The notes below the pieces were generated by a model, which had not been told where the DNA came from, did not search any database, and worked only from the letters and a program-made list of their open reading frames with translations. Position numbers and translations under genes: made by a program. From Octopus bimaculoides (lineage: Eukaryota): a stretch of DNA of 62,723 nt. This document shows, piece after piece, positions 1-14,190 of this stretch (its first letter is position 1; the number at the start of each line of letters is the position of its first letter). Location: the NCBI RefSeq assembly GCF_001194135.2, contig NC_068993.1, forward strand, positions 58,975,024-59,037,746. Reading direction: 5' to 3'.

Positions 1-491
1 ATATATATATATATATATACTCACATATACATATACATATATTTATATAGCAGCTATGACCTTCTTGCTTTAGTTAGTTAGGTTAATAGACTACGATAAA
101 CTCACCTTTTAAAGGTAGGAATTTATTCATGTATGTGAGTCTGTGTATATAGTTGCACACAAAAGTGAATATGTATGTTTGCAAATAAATGTGTGTGTGT
201 AGTGTTAGGTTTGTGTTTTTTTGATACCCGAATATGTCAATACATTTTTTATTGATATCTTGATTCAGGTCCATTATGAAATATATTTGTCAAAAGTTGT
301 TTTCTATAGAAAAAAAAACAAAAACCCAAGAATATGGGGCCCTTATAAATGAAGGTTGTTTTTCGTTAATTGTGTTTTTGGTCACCTTCACAAGGTTGTT
401 TTAGAAAGAATGTTGTAAAATATATATCTATCCATCCATCTTTCAAATAATCTCTCTCTCTTTATCTATCTGTCTGTCTATCTATTTATCA

Positions 492-527
<36 letters not shown>

Positions 528-913
528 GTGAGTGTGTGTGTGTGTTTATGTGTCTGTATGTGTGTAAGTAAAAAATACACACACACATACAAACATATAT
601 GTCTCAGTTGAATGAAGATTGTTTTGATGTTTATTTATTTTTCACTTGTTTGTTTGTTGTCTTGCATGTATATCAGGTATATGTTTATGCATGTAGGTGT
701 TTTAATTATTAGATGATTCCATTTTTAATTGGTTGTAGGTTTTCTTCCCATATTGATTTTTGGGTTATTTTTATTTATTCATCTTCATCATCATCATCAT
801 TGTTATTATTATTATTATTATGATTATTATTATTATTATCATTATTATTATTATTATTATCATTATTATCATTATTATTATTATTATTATCATTATTATT
901 ATTATTATTATTA

Positions 914-944
<31 letters not shown>

Positions 945-956
945 CATTATTGGCAT

Positions 957-1140
957 TCAGCTGGCAGAAGCGCCAGCATGCCAGACAAAATTCTTAATGG
1001 CATTTTACCTGTATTTATGTTCTGAGTTCAAATGCCACTGAGCTCAACTTTGCCTTTCATCCCTTCAGGGTCGATGAAATAAGTACCAGTTACACACTGG
1101 GGGTTGATGTAATTGACTAGCCCTTTCCTTGAAAATTTCC
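957..1140 (+). mobile_element. tRNA-derived SINE (ctggcagaa...ctgagttcaaat...aataagtaccag family)
   Basis: B-box GAGTTCAAAT. Other + copies lie at ~1820, 3700, 18200, 18563, 19870, 20000 and 33535. Confidence 0.82.
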
Positions 1141-2574
1141 AGCTTCAACCTTCTTCAATAGTCTAAAACTTTCAAGCCATCTCAGAAAAGCCATTGCTGG
1201 TTTAGTCAATTAGGTGCCAGACTACCAATTACCAAAATCTGGGCCAGTCTTCATGATTTTTCTCAGAGCTTCTGAGGATCATAGAATGAAGAATGAAGAA
1301 AGTAACCCTCAGACTGGACACCTGGCTTGAATGCTTACAAGAAAGTGGCCTCTACTAAAGAAAAACAAGGACCAGATAATAGCATATTCAGATCCACAGG
1401 GCAGTGTGTGGCACAATCAGTAGATCAATAGTGTGTGGCACAGTCAGAAGTCTCATAGGAGAATGCTTGGTACAATCATGGTTCCTCAGGATAATACACA
1501 GTGAAATCATTAGCTCTACAGGGAAGTCTGTGGAACAATTAGTAGAGTCATAGTACAGTGTATGGCACGTGTTCTGTAGAATATCAGAGGCCTTGAGGAA
1601 TTTCATTACATGCATTTACATCCTTCTATTTCAAATAAGTCAGAACTGTCTCTGCCCTTTCACCATTCCAGAGTCAATAATATGAGCAACAATTGACTGG
1701 TTTATTGAGCCCCTTTTTGAGATTTTGAGGCTGTCCCTATCAAATACTTGACTCCTTGTTATCTCCCCGAAAGTTTTTTGTTTGTATGTTAGAAATCATC
1801 ATTGTCAATTAGGGTGGAGAACTGGTCAGATTGGTAAATGATCAGGCATAATGCCTTGTGGTATTGAACTGTCTCCTTTTATTGTTCTCTGTTCAAATCA
1901 CATAAAGGTTAACTTTGCATTTCATCATTCCAAGGTTGATAAACTAAAGTACCCATAATGTACTGGAGTTAATATAATCTGTAATAAGCAGGACTGATTT
2001 GAACTCAGAACCTCTGTTCTCCCAAAATGTGTAGCAGCATCACTATCTTAAGTATATTTATTATTATTGTTTTAATTGTATTTCTTTTTTTATTTTCATT
2101 TTGTGTTTCTGTTTTGTATTAGTCATGGTTAAAACAGAGTTGAAATTGATCCATACAGAGTTAGATTATAGTTAATAATTATTTATTATTGACAACAAAC
2201 CTATCATTTTTCACATTGTGGTTTCTGACTCTTTGGAAAACTGGCAACTGCAATAAGTCATCAGGTTGGCAGAGCTTTTGGGTTATGATTGAGAATATTC
2301 TTAGATGATTTATTGAGTATTTGATGGCCTTTTAAGATCCCACTGTATCATAGAGACAAGGAGTATTTTTGACAAAATATGCTATAATAGTTATTTTTTC
2401 TATATTTTGCCTACATCCTAAACTCAAATTCTGCTGCTGTTAACTTTGATTTTCAATTCACTCAGGATTCTGTAAAATAAATATACCAGTTGTTTATTGA
2501 GTCAGTTGAATTTATAGTACATCTCACTAGATATCCACCATAAAAGGTTTTGTTAAACACTACTTTACAATAGA

Positions 2575-2960
2575 AGACACTGGACAAACAGGAATATTGG
2601 ATGCACAGATGTACTGGACACACAGATCTACTAAATGCACAAATGTACTGGACAGACAATTGTATGAGATATACACAGAAACATATGTAGCTATACACAC
2701 TAGATACATAAATGTATTCGATATACAGATGTACTAAATATACAAATATAATGGACACACAGGTGTTCTAGGTACACTGGTGTTCTAGGCACAATGGTGT
2801 GCTCAACTCACAGATATACTAGACACGCAATTGTTCTAGCATACAGATGAACTAGGTACACAGTCATACTAGTTGCAGTTGAACAAGATATACATGTGCT
2901 AGGCATACCAATGTACTAAACACAGTTGTGCTGGACAGAATAATGTACTGGAGAAAATTT
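2575..2960. repeat. Degenerate ~16-17-bp minisatellite
   Basis: Recurrent cacagatgtactaga-like units. Confidence 0.65.
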
Positions 2961-4311
2961 GAACCCCTGACTTCTATTTCTAACACAGTTTCAATGTTTC
3001 ATCCACTGCTCCACTGAACCTATCATGAGAAGGTACTGAGTTCAATCCAACCCAAAGATTAAACATCCATGTATAAAGATATATAGATATCTTATCAATA
3101 GAGCAGTGTTGCCTCTGAAAGATGAAGCCATCCATGTTACTGTAACACAGCAATTTGTTTCATACATCATATACCCAACCTCTTTGTTCCATAATCTGGC
3201 TGTCCACCCAATCAATGGAACAGCTTGTTCAAGAATTAATGTTTACGTGGTTGAGCACTCCATAGACCTGTGTATCCTTAACATAGTTCTCAAGGAGATT
3301 CAGTGAGATACAGAGGGTAACAAGGCTGGCCCTTTGAAATACAGGTACAACTCATTTTTGCCAACTGAGTGGACTGGAGCAACGTGAAATAAAATGTTTT
3401 GTTCAGGGACACAATGCATTGCTGGGAATGGAACTCACGACTTTATGATCATGAGCCAAATACTCAAGCCATTAAGCCACATCATAATGAAGGTACAGCA
3501 TAGTCAGTCCCAGGTGAAACCAGAAGTACAGTATGTCTTGGATGTAAGGTAACCAAGTGTTTTCTGTCCTAAGCATCAGGCTGGTTACCTCTGTTACTGG
3601 CTGTACCTTAACAGACGAGCTCACAAAGGATGCAACACTGACTATTTGTCAGCAACAATAATAATGACAATAACAATATCAGTGGCCTGAATAAAGCAGC
3701 AGGTTGGCAGAATCGTTTGCTTGATGGCATTTCGTCTTCTTTACGATCTGAGTTCAAATTCCGCTGAGGGAGACTTTGTCTTTCATCCCCTCAGGGTCGG
3801 TAAAATAAGTACCAGATAAGTACTGGGGTCAATGTAATCAACTTTCCTCCCCTTCCGAAATTGCTGGCCTTGTGCCAAAATTTGAAACCAATACTATTGG
3901 CCTGAGTTAGTTGTTACTGCTTCACAATAGGCTTGTCCATTTTAAGTTACAACAGCAACACCAGTTACAATAATAATAGTTATAATAATAATAATAATAA
4001 TAATAATACCATTAACAACAAAAACAACAAAAATTAGCCACCTTAATTAGTTTATTTTATAATTCATTTATGGATGTTTTTTTTTTTTTCCACCCCCTTC
4101 AAAATTTTCTAAAATCATTTTCCATATTTATTTTCATTTTCATTTTTCTTTGTTTGATCTTCCTACGTTACCGTCTTGCATTCTCTTGGTTCTTCCCTGT
4201 CTGTGTGTTAAAAGTTAATTCATCATTGGGTTATAAATTTGAGACTATTCTATAATTAGTAAAATGATTTTTGTGTCTCAGAACCTTGGTAACTATGTAA
4301 TAAAACCCAAG

Positions 4312-4347
4312 TGACAGTCAGTACCAATGCTAGAACTCTTAACATGG
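4312..4347 (+). CDS. Candidate Fat microexon (36 nt; alternative 30-nt start at 4318), (V)TVSTNARTLNM
   Basis: Perfect donor ATGG|gtaagt at 4348. In-frame acceptors are caag (4311) and cag (4317). The exon is symmetric phase 1 and stop-free, but its polypyrimidine tract is weak. Confidence 0.45.
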
Positions 4348-4609
4348 GTAAGTCATTCAACAATAACCCTGCACAATTTCCGGCAATTCCTACTTTCAGT
4401 TTTTTTTATATTTTTGTTTTTCTTTGGCGTTTTTGTATTATTATTATTATTATTATTAGTGTTATTATTACTATTATGATTGTTGTTGTTGTTGCTATAT
4501 TTTTTTGTTAGTTTTCTTTAAATTAAAAAAGAAATTTTTTTTTTCTCTTCTGTTCAATCACTGCTGTTTTAGTTTTGAACTTTGTGTATGTGTGTATGTA
4601 CATATATAT

Positions 4610-4650
<41 letters not shown>

Positions 4651-4806
4651 TATATATATATATCTGTTTGTATGTATATACACACATAAACAGATGTGTG
4701 TATTTACAATGATGGAATCTGCTGTTTTGCAACATTAAAGAGCACCTATTCAGTTTCCCCGCTTGATTCTAGCTGTTTATTATCAACGCATTTTGCTATA
4801 TATAGG

Positions 4807-4869
<63 letters not shown>

Positions 4870-5216
4870 AAAATTATGTGTGTAACAACAAAAAAAAAGT
4901 AGATCTCAATATTGAAATGGTGGAATATATTTGATATAAGATACAACCATGGAACACTCACAATACTTGGAGTTTCTCCAGAAGCCACACATATGAAGTT
5001 ATCCAATTTCTAGACATTAAATACCAATTTAAAGTTGGATGGTTTCATATCCACAGCTGCCAAGACACTCTGAGTACTGATTCTTAATGTCCCATGCTTA
5101 TATTTTATACATATATATACATATGTATGTATATATATATATATGTATATGTGTATATACATACACACATGCACACACAATGTTCACTACGTAATTTTTT
5201 GAGTTTTTTCTGAGGG

Positions 5217-5257
<41 letters not shown>

Positions 5258-7421
5258 TGTTCTTTAGTTTGGAACAAATTTCTTATAGGAGAATCTTTTA
5301 TACTTTCTAATACCTACCTGGATGATGTAGTTGATGTAGATGATGTAGAAAATGATGATGATGATGATGATGGTGATGATGATGCTGATCGTAGTGGTGG
5401 TACTGTTGTAATTTTCGTGTACATGCATAGTTGTAATAGAAATGGTGGCCAGTGAACAATCAGACGCGACTGTCCTAACCCACAACCAATGCTGAAGTTT
5501 ACTACCACCATTCATTGTACCAGTAATACACTGAGGCGTCAGTAGCCTACTGGACAAGAATGTTGTTACTCTTAGTTTAGAAAGAACATGTACACTGTTC
5601 GACTATGTACACTTTTGGAAATAATAATAATAATAACAATAATAATAAATATTCAATGCTGAATGGAGATGAAGCTGAAAATTTAAAGAAAATGAAAAGA
5701 ATGAAATAGTGTTATACGAGATTAATATTGACTAGAAATTTTAAGAACTTCATAATAAGTATGCTAGGTAGAAATAAATTAAATAGGTTTATTCCGTGTA
5801 TCTTCTTTATTTCTTAATTTCATATTCAAATTTGTAATCCCACCAAATAATATGAAGAAATGGTTATCTTCCTTGTATTAACTGCCTGCTAGTTCAGGAA
5901 AGCTTCAAATAATGATCTTGTTAGGTTGTCAGGTAATAAAAGCTCTGAAGTTATTTGTAGTACTAAAACTACTGTAGTTATAAACTGCAGTAATTATAAT
6001 AACTTTTCACGTAGATATAGGTCCAGAAATTTGCCAGAGTAGTTCACTGGTTATGCTGACCTTAGTCCTTGACTACTCTTCTGTGGTTTCCAGCAATGTC
6101 CTGCAAAATGCAAGCATTTCTCTGTAATGATGTCAATAAACATTGTCATATAATCTTTGTATGCTCTGATATGTTTTCTACAAGATTGTCTAAAACATTA
6201 GAATTTTCCTTCTAGCTACTACATTTATGCTAGATATAAACTACTCTAGTTATAAGTTCTCATATTAACTCATCTAAAAATTTTACACTCGAGGGAGCTT
6301 TAGGGACCAATTAAAAAGGGATCTGTGTCATGTTTAAATTTTTAAAGAAATCAGAGGACGATTTGAAATGAAAATAAGGTCATTATTTCATTAATATGGC
6401 CCAATTAAACTCAGCACTGGGTGCTGACAAGATATTCTTGGTTAATTAATATTCAAGTATTTGATCCCATCCATTTGTTGCTTTCAAGAAAGCTGGGTCT
6501 TTAAATCATAAACTGAAACACACAGCGAGAATTTTTAAAGTTTTTCAATTCTACTTCATCTATATCTAGACAGACAGACAGACACATATATGCATAAGCA
6601 GGCATACATCAGCATACACTTGCACTCATACGTATTACACAAATACATTGTTATGAAACTAAAATGAAAAAGAGCTGATATGTGCCTGTAGATGCTCCAT
6701 CATAGCTTATACACTGTGAAGAACATGTTTGTAAATATACACCATACATAGAGACATGAACATACTTGGACTTTCTGTGGAGAGCATTTGAGGGGTTTTT
6801 TTTTTTAAATCATAAGATAACAAGAGTTAATATTCCTCCTCAGGTCACCCAAAAATGCCCTTAAGTATGTTTTCTTATTCAGTTATAGACCCATTATAAA
6901 TATTCATTTATGTACAGAGCTGAGACAGGCTTTAAACCAAAATAAACTGAGATTAACTTTACATTAAACTATACATAACTTACCTTTTCATTATATTAAT
7001 GTAAACATGACTAAATCTTTCTGTGACTATTGATTCAAGTTTAAAGCTTAACTTAACATGCATACTTAGGCATACTGGATCTGATGAGGATGTAGGGAAA
7101 TCTGATATCAGTACAGTGTAATGCTTGATGTTTTTAACACCCAAATAATTCCCCACAGCAAGACTAAGTATGTTTCACTTGGTATTTGGTTGAACTGGTG
7201 ACATAAAATTTCATAAAGCAATCAAAATGTCGGAATTTCTTCAAAGTCCTGATGGTTTGTGGCTACCGTTTCTTTGAGTTTTGGTATGGTATGATTGTTG
7301 TTCTGTGTTCTATTTGCAGCTATGTCATCATAGCTTACTAACACTGCATCATTATGATTATTATTATTATTAGTATTATTGTTTTTCTATTTTTCCGTTT
7401 TTGTTTTTTTTCCTTTCACAG

Positions 7422-7442
7422 TGAATCAGGATAAAAGAAAAG
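7422..7442 (+). CDS. Candidate Fat microexon (21 nt), (V)NQDKRK
   Basis: A ~40-nt T/C tract ends tttcacag, TACTAAC lies at 7336-7342, and the donor is AAAG|gtagtt. Symmetric phase 1, stop-free. Confidence 0.62.
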
Positions 7443-7991
7443 GTAGTTCTTTGTTTTTATGCTCCAAACTCCCAGCTCTTACGGAAAAAAAAAAAAGAAA
7501 TATACATATATAAATATTCATAAATCAATGCATAAGTGAGACAAAAAAAATTGCAAAAAAAAAAATCACTTTCTGCTCTTTGTTCTACAAAAGATTTTAA
7601 TAACGACAAAATATATTTATATACATACACACATATCTATTCTGCTTGTATGTTTTCTTGACCTACATTATTACACCATATGGACATAGGATTAGTTAAA
7701 TTCATACCTCTACACACATGTACGTATATATATATATAAATATATATAAGCACATGTAAATATGCACATGTACATAAATATGTATTATTTAATAAATACA
7801 GTTTATATCTTTTTGTGAACTGCTAATAGTTTCATGCGATGAAAACAACTCAGACAGCATTTTATAACATGTCTGGTGCCTTCACACAATCCTCAGGCTC
7901 ACAGAAAGATATGTATTGTGTTCATTAAATATTGTTTATCTCACACCAGATAGAGAATCTTTTTGTTGACCTTCGCATCACAGAAAAGGTA

Positions 7992-8051
<60 letters not shown>

Positions 8052-8179
8052 GTATGCATGCACATGTATATGTATGTATGCTCACATATATGTGTGTATG
8101 TATGTATATATATAGATATATGTATATATATGCACATATATGTGCATATACACTCTCATGTGTATGTGTATATATATAT

Positions 8180-8619
8180 ACTAGAGTGAGTCAAAAAGTA
8201 ATGCCATTTTGTTTAGGACAGGTATAATTACCAACCCAGGAAATGTATTTCCACCTGCCCCGTAAAATTCTGTTGACTGTTCTTTGAGACACTTCTTCAC
8301 TACAGTTTTCACTTCCTCGTCACTGGAATAATTTAGCGCCTTCAGACTATGGCCCCATGAAAGAGGGTTTGAGAGGCAAACATTATTCCAGTGACCAGGA
8401 AGTGAAAATTGTTGTGAAGAAGTGGCTCGAAGAACAGTCAACAGAATTTTACGGGGCAGGGATACATGCTCTCATTCCAAGGTGGAACATTGCAATTGAG
8501 AGAAACGGTGATTATGTTGAGAAGTAGGGATGTGATCCACAGAGGACCAGATTCATTTTGATGTATGATACATATTCCTGTGTTGGTAATTATACTTGTC
8601 CTAAACAAAATGGCATTAC
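8180..8619. mobile_element. Mariner-derived foldback made of two inverted 3' ends
   Basis: Inverted arms 8198-8242/8575-8619 (43/45 identical) and ~8255-8335/8383-8460. The + arm encodes EVKIVVKKWLEEQSTEFYGAGIHALIPRWNIAIERNGDYVEK*, a mariner transposase C-terminus. Confidence 0.85.
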
Positions 8620-9323
8620 ACCAATACAATTTATATGTGTCTGTATATGTATTTATGTACATATGTATTTGCATATACATGCGGACACACATGTATGCAT
8701 AAAATTGGTATAGATGACAAACAGTTGACTGCCAGACATTCACATTTATGTAATACCTCATTTATTTGGCAAGGTGCATAAATTTGCTTTCCTCAGTCTG
8801 CTTGGCTGACAACTTTTATACTCTTAGTCTACATTTTTATAGCTTCAAGCTGTAAGTTGCATTCAGCTTTAAAAGCAATTGCTTTCAAAAGCTTTTTAAA
8901 CTATTATAGCTTCAGCAATATGCAAAGTATATATAGGTAGGTATTTATAGAGATATACATAGGTATATATACATACATACATACATACATATATATATAA
9001 ATATATATATATATATATTTACACACACACACATATATGTATACATACACACAAACATGCATACATACATACATACATACATACATACATACATACATGC
9101 AACCAAACATACAAAGTAAATTTAGTTGGGTTAGATGGTAGGGAGAAAATGTAATGTTACTATTTCATTCAGTGTTGCTTCATCTTTCTCACGCCAAAAT
9201 ATTTGGAAGTTTTGAAATTGGCTTTAAATCTTATTTTTCCAGGATCAGTGAATTAATGGTGCACAAGAACTACTATATGTATATACATACATACACATTC
9301 ACCTGGCTGAAACGAATACAACT

Positions 9324-9374
<51 letters not shown>

Positions 9375-9456
9375 GTGTGTGTAGATATACTTATATATAT
9401 ATGTATGTGTGTGTGTGTGTGAACATATGTGTGTCTAAGAAAATATATAAACAGAC

Positions 9457-9491
<35 letters not shown>

Positions 9492-9810
9492 TATATATAT
9501 ATACACAAAATGGGACAAGGATGCAAAGAATCCACACATACATATATATATATATATATATACACATACATACATATATATATATAGACACACATGTACA
9601 TATATATATATACATACACACACATATGTACATATGTGTGTATATATACAGGTATATACACAGATGTAATATGTATATATATCTTATATATGCGGATGTG
9701 AACAGGTATGTGTGTGTGTATATATATATATATATACACACACACACATGTGTACATATATGTATATATGTATGCATATATATTATAGATGTGTCCATAT
9801 ATGCACACAC

Positions 9811-9844
<34 letters not shown>

Positions 9845-10093
9845 GCACATATTCACATATATACACATATATATACATATGTTTATGCGGTCACAAACAT
9901 TGAATTTGGTTAGTATGTCAGTGATTCAAAAAAAGTTTCGCTTCATCTTCATGCATTCATCCATTTTTCTTTCCAGCCCTCTTTCTCTCTCATTCTCTCT
10001 CTCACTCCAGCTCTCTCTCTCTTTTTCTCTCTCTATCTTTCTCTTTCTCCCCCAACTTTCACAAACATTTCGCTGTTTTGTTTCGTAATCTAG

Positions 10094-10156
10094 ATGGACA
10101 TCATACGTTTCGGAATACCTTTGGTAAAATTCTCAAGGACAACAAAATTCGTGAAG
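10094..10156 (+). CDS. Candidate Fat cassette exon (63 nt), (D)GHHTFRNTFGKILKDNKIRE
   Basis: A long pyrimidine tract ends aatctag and the donor is GAAG|gtatcc. Symmetric phase 1 and complex protein-like sequence amid low-complexity DNA. TGCATG lies at 10320-10325 downstream. Confidence 0.65.
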
Positions 10157-11068
10157 GTATCCTTATCATTATTATTATTATTATTAATACTTTTTTTTTC
10201 CACTGCAAAGGACTGATTTTTATATATTTTTTTCCAACTAAAATAGTTTATAATAAATTCTTATCCCCCCCCCCTTTTTTTTTTCCTTATGTTGCTAATT
10301 CATTTCTACTGATCCATTTTGCATGGTATTATTTAGAATGAAATTAATTATAACGACTCAGAAATAACATTAATGCCTGTTTGATGTTTGTTTTTGTCTT
10401 GTAAACATTAAACAAACAGGCAAATTAAATTATTAATCATTAATAATCTATGATGGAATGCAGCTTTGCTTGAAAATGAATTTTGAAAAAAAAAGAAAAA
10501 AGAATAAAAAGGAAACTATTTTAACTATGACAAAATCTGATACGTTTAATCTGTTAGGAAGGTTCATATCTGTTTTTATCTGTTGTTGGTTTAGTCTGTT
10601 TAATCTGTCTTAAAGCTTAATTTATCTGTTATAAGTTTTAATCTATTATAAGGTTTTATCTTAGTTCTTTGTGGTTTTTAGAAAACATTGGAATCCCTTT
10701 TTCAGTTTTTTATTTATCTTTGATTTTCTATTAAAAGCATTTGCAATTTTGTTTTAATTACCACCAATAAGAATATTTAAGCGGGAATTGTCCCCCTTTG
10801 TATGTCAGCTATGACATCACATTCTATTTGTTAGATAAGGTGATGAAATTAGAGTTTGCAATTAAAGGTTTTGTGTAAAGTATGATATCACATTCTAATT
10901 ATTCACTATATAAGGTAATATGGTGAAGCTTTGGGCCTAAGTTTTGATGCCATCTGTTATGTTATTATGGCATTGTATAACAACGCATTTATTATATAAT
11001 GTGATATGGAAAAGTTTGACATTAGAAGTGTTACATACAAAAATATATGGAGAAAAATAGTGTGTGTG

Positions 11069-11270
11069 TGACACCATTTTCAGCATGGCTGTTGCCAGTA
11101 CCGCGTGACTGGCCCTCGTGCCAGTGGCACTTAAAAAGCACCCACTACACTCTTGGAGTGGTTGGCGTTAGGAAGGGAGCCTGGTGTAGCCATCTGGTTC
11201 ACCAGTCCTCAGTCAAATCGTCCAACCCATGCTAGCATGGAAAGCGGACGTTATACGATGATGATGATGA
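11069..11270 (+). mobile_element. 5'-truncated RTE 3'-UTR copy
   Basis: Ends ...gtccaacccatgctagcatggaaagcggacg...(GAT)n. Confidence 0.85.
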
Positions 11271-14036
11271 CATACACAAATATGTATGCCCTTTCTTTCA
11301 AACTTTAACCTCTCAACACTAACATACAAAGCCACCTTCCTCTGTACTATAGTCTGACTTAGTCGAGAGACATCTCCATCTTGTGAGTTACATAGCTACC
11401 TCACTAGTGCTGGTGCCATGAGAAAAGTACTCAATACACATTATTTTGTGGTAGGCATTAAAAAGGAAATCCAGTTGCAGAAATCATGCCAAAGTAGTTA
11501 AAAGTACCCAGTGTTCTCCTCTGACTCACTGGATCCTGTTAACCCATCCAACTTGTGCTAGTATGGGAAACAATCTTAAATGATGTGGAGATTTTTTATT
11601 CCTCCTGATTTTTCATGCTAGGGGCATAATGAGATCTATTCAGTCTTCATTATAACACATACACAACATTGAACTTGGCCTGTCTTTTCTCTTGTCGTTT
11701 GTGCAAGTTGTCTCAGACCATGATAATCAATCCAGATCCATCCAGCATATTTGATTTTTAATTAAGCCCTTCACTCGTTATGGAGCGTAAGCCATCAATG
11801 ACTTCTCTCCATTTGTCCTTCATTCTGAGTTGCTTTTCTTCTCTCAGATCTTGTTGCATTTGAATTGCTTTCAATGTTTCGGTAGCTTTGCTTTCTTTCT
11901 TGGAAAGGGTGTTTAGCTCTACACAATCTGATTTTTACCTCTTTGAAAAAGCAGTCCATCATAGTCTGGTCTCTATTCTTTGATCTGTCCAACATGGGAG
12001 GACTTACAAGGAGTTTGCACTCTGTTGAAATAGCTATCAGTGTCATTGAGACCCACAAGCCACCACAACTAGAGCTGGGCATTGTGGTGGAAGCCAATAC
12101 ATGCGAGCATGGAAAAAAATTGGCATAAAATAAGGATGATATATGAGTATGAAAGCGTGTGTGTCTGTTGATTAGGTTTCATTATAAATTGTAGGTTTGT
12201 TTTTTTTTTCTTTTCTCAATTCAGTTTCCCCAACACTTTATGTGTTTTCTCAAAAAACTAACAGACCTTAGTCAAAGTAGTATGGCTTGTTCGTTCTAAC
12301 AACAGTTAAATGACAACAAAAGCAGAACAAAATGAGCAATTCAATTTTCATTGTTATTATTGTTACTGTTGCTACTATTACTACTACAATTGCTTCTATT
12401 ATCACTTACTACCACTACTATTACTGTTAGTATGAAATAACATAGAGATGACTTTTAATTTGTTAATGAACGCATTAACCAACACATTGCTAAATCAACA
12501 TTATTGGTAAATTTATTGTTTTTGATGTTGATGATAATGGCAATAATGACGATGACACTGTTGATGATTGTGATATTAATTTTAATGATGTTCATGATGA
12601 TGTTGTTGCTGTTGCTGTTGTTGTTGTTGAGTGTCAAGTCAGTTCTGATTGAGCAGTAAAAAAAGTAAAGTTACCGTCCCGAATCATGCAAACTCATAAG
12701 GGCCGGTTTCCCAGTTTCAATGGCATATAAATTCCCCACCTGGACAAGTCGCCAGTCTCTCGCACAATCATGCATATTTGACAGCTGAGTGGACTACAGC
12801 AATGTGAAATGAAGTGTTCTGCTCAAGAATACAATGCGCCGCCCGGTCCAGGAATTGAAACCGCAATCTTATGTTCATGAGTCCAACACTCTAATCACTA
12901 AGCTATGTGCTGCCACATTGATCAGCCATAAAGCATGTAGGCTAGATAACAAGATGCAACTCACAGATTCAACTTTTCTGCCCTACCATGTCTCCCTGAA
13001 GCTGAGACCCTTACAGAATGCTCTAATATGCAGTGGGAAATTGTATGGCATGCTGTATGATAGAATCCACATAATTATACCTCTCCACTGTCCACTCTCT
13101 CTGCTATCCACTCTTTCCACTGCCCACTTTCTCCACTGTCCACTCAGTATTTGAAAGGAGAGAAAATGATTTTGGACAAAAGCAGCAAATTCTAAAAACT
13201 AAAGAGCCAAGAGAGAATGTTCTATTTCAAAGTAATGTTTATCGCCACTTCACCATGGCTGTTCCATACGAACTGGCATTACTATCATTTTTTTTAACCC
13301 CCAAGAGGATGCCTCCTGCAGCTGGTTATCAATGCAATCTGCACCCAACATATATTGCAAGTTTGGGAGCAAACTCCTACTATCTTCTAGCAACTTGACA
13401 GGACCACTAGGCTGGCTGGCTTCAGGCTATTTTTGCCCATCCTCAGCAGTGGATACTTGTCTGCTAACCTCAGGTTGGCTTCAGTCCAGCAGGTTTTTGG
13501 TCAAAGACATTTTAGCTGTCACAATCATGCCATTTATTCAAACATGGTGTACTTAAAACTACCATATTGAATGTGCCCTTCTTTTAGGTGTTTGGTCCTG
13601 AGTTAACCTTGGCTGAGAAGGCCTTGTTATTGTGTTTCTTGCTTATCATGGCACACGTGAAAGCAAAACCCAGTCTTCAGCAAGGGGACACTACTTCACT
13701 TTCTCCCTGCTATGATGGCCTAAATAGCCTGTTGGTTAACTACTACAATTAACCAAATAATCCGTTGGCTACTTGGATCTAAGGTGAGAAAACCCCAGGT
13801 AGTTTGACTTTCGTAACTACCAAATAAAGGGTTTCTGCATATGTGTGAAAGTTGGTATGTGTGTATGTGACTAAACATGAGAATGTGAGTATGTGTTTGA
13901 ATGTGTATGCATGTATGGAAGTGTGGAGATGCTTGTATATATGTATACTTCCCAGGACTAGTCAAGCCATATATATTCTGGAAAGAACCAAAGAAAGACA
14001 GGTGTGTGTGTGTGTATATTTGCATATTTAAAACAG

Positions 14037-14116
14037 AGAGTGCAAGCAGACAGTTAAGTGGACAGTCGGACAAACAGTCTAACAAACAGCTACAAACAGT
14101 GATAAGACACCAGTAA
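14037..14116 (+). CDS. Candidate alternative truncating terminal exon of Fat, (E)SASRQLSGQSDKQSNKQLQTVIRHQ*
   Basis: Acceptor ttgcatatttaaaacag. The phase-1 reading is open to TAA at 14114-14116, overlapped by AATAAA (14116-14121), with a long T tract ~35 nt downstream. Confidence 0.33.
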
Positions 14117-14152
14117 ATAAAAGACTAGCGAATACCTATTATCAAAGAATTT

Positions 14153-14190
<38 letters not shown>

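Noticed and set aside
4215-4229. Possible 15-nt exon VNSSL after a long pyrimidine tract
   Set aside because: The donor gttata is poor; read-through hits a stop at 4255. Unresolved without RNA data.
11640-12100. ORF 11795-12097 (-) as a gene
   Set aside because: It resembles a heavily decayed LINE ORF2 C-terminal remnant; too degenerate to call.
12265-12279. Possible 12/15-nt microexon (DLSQ/S) after ctaacag
   Set aside because: It is symmetric, but the donor is mediocre and it ends in A rather than G. Chance is plausible; worth including in a junction search only.
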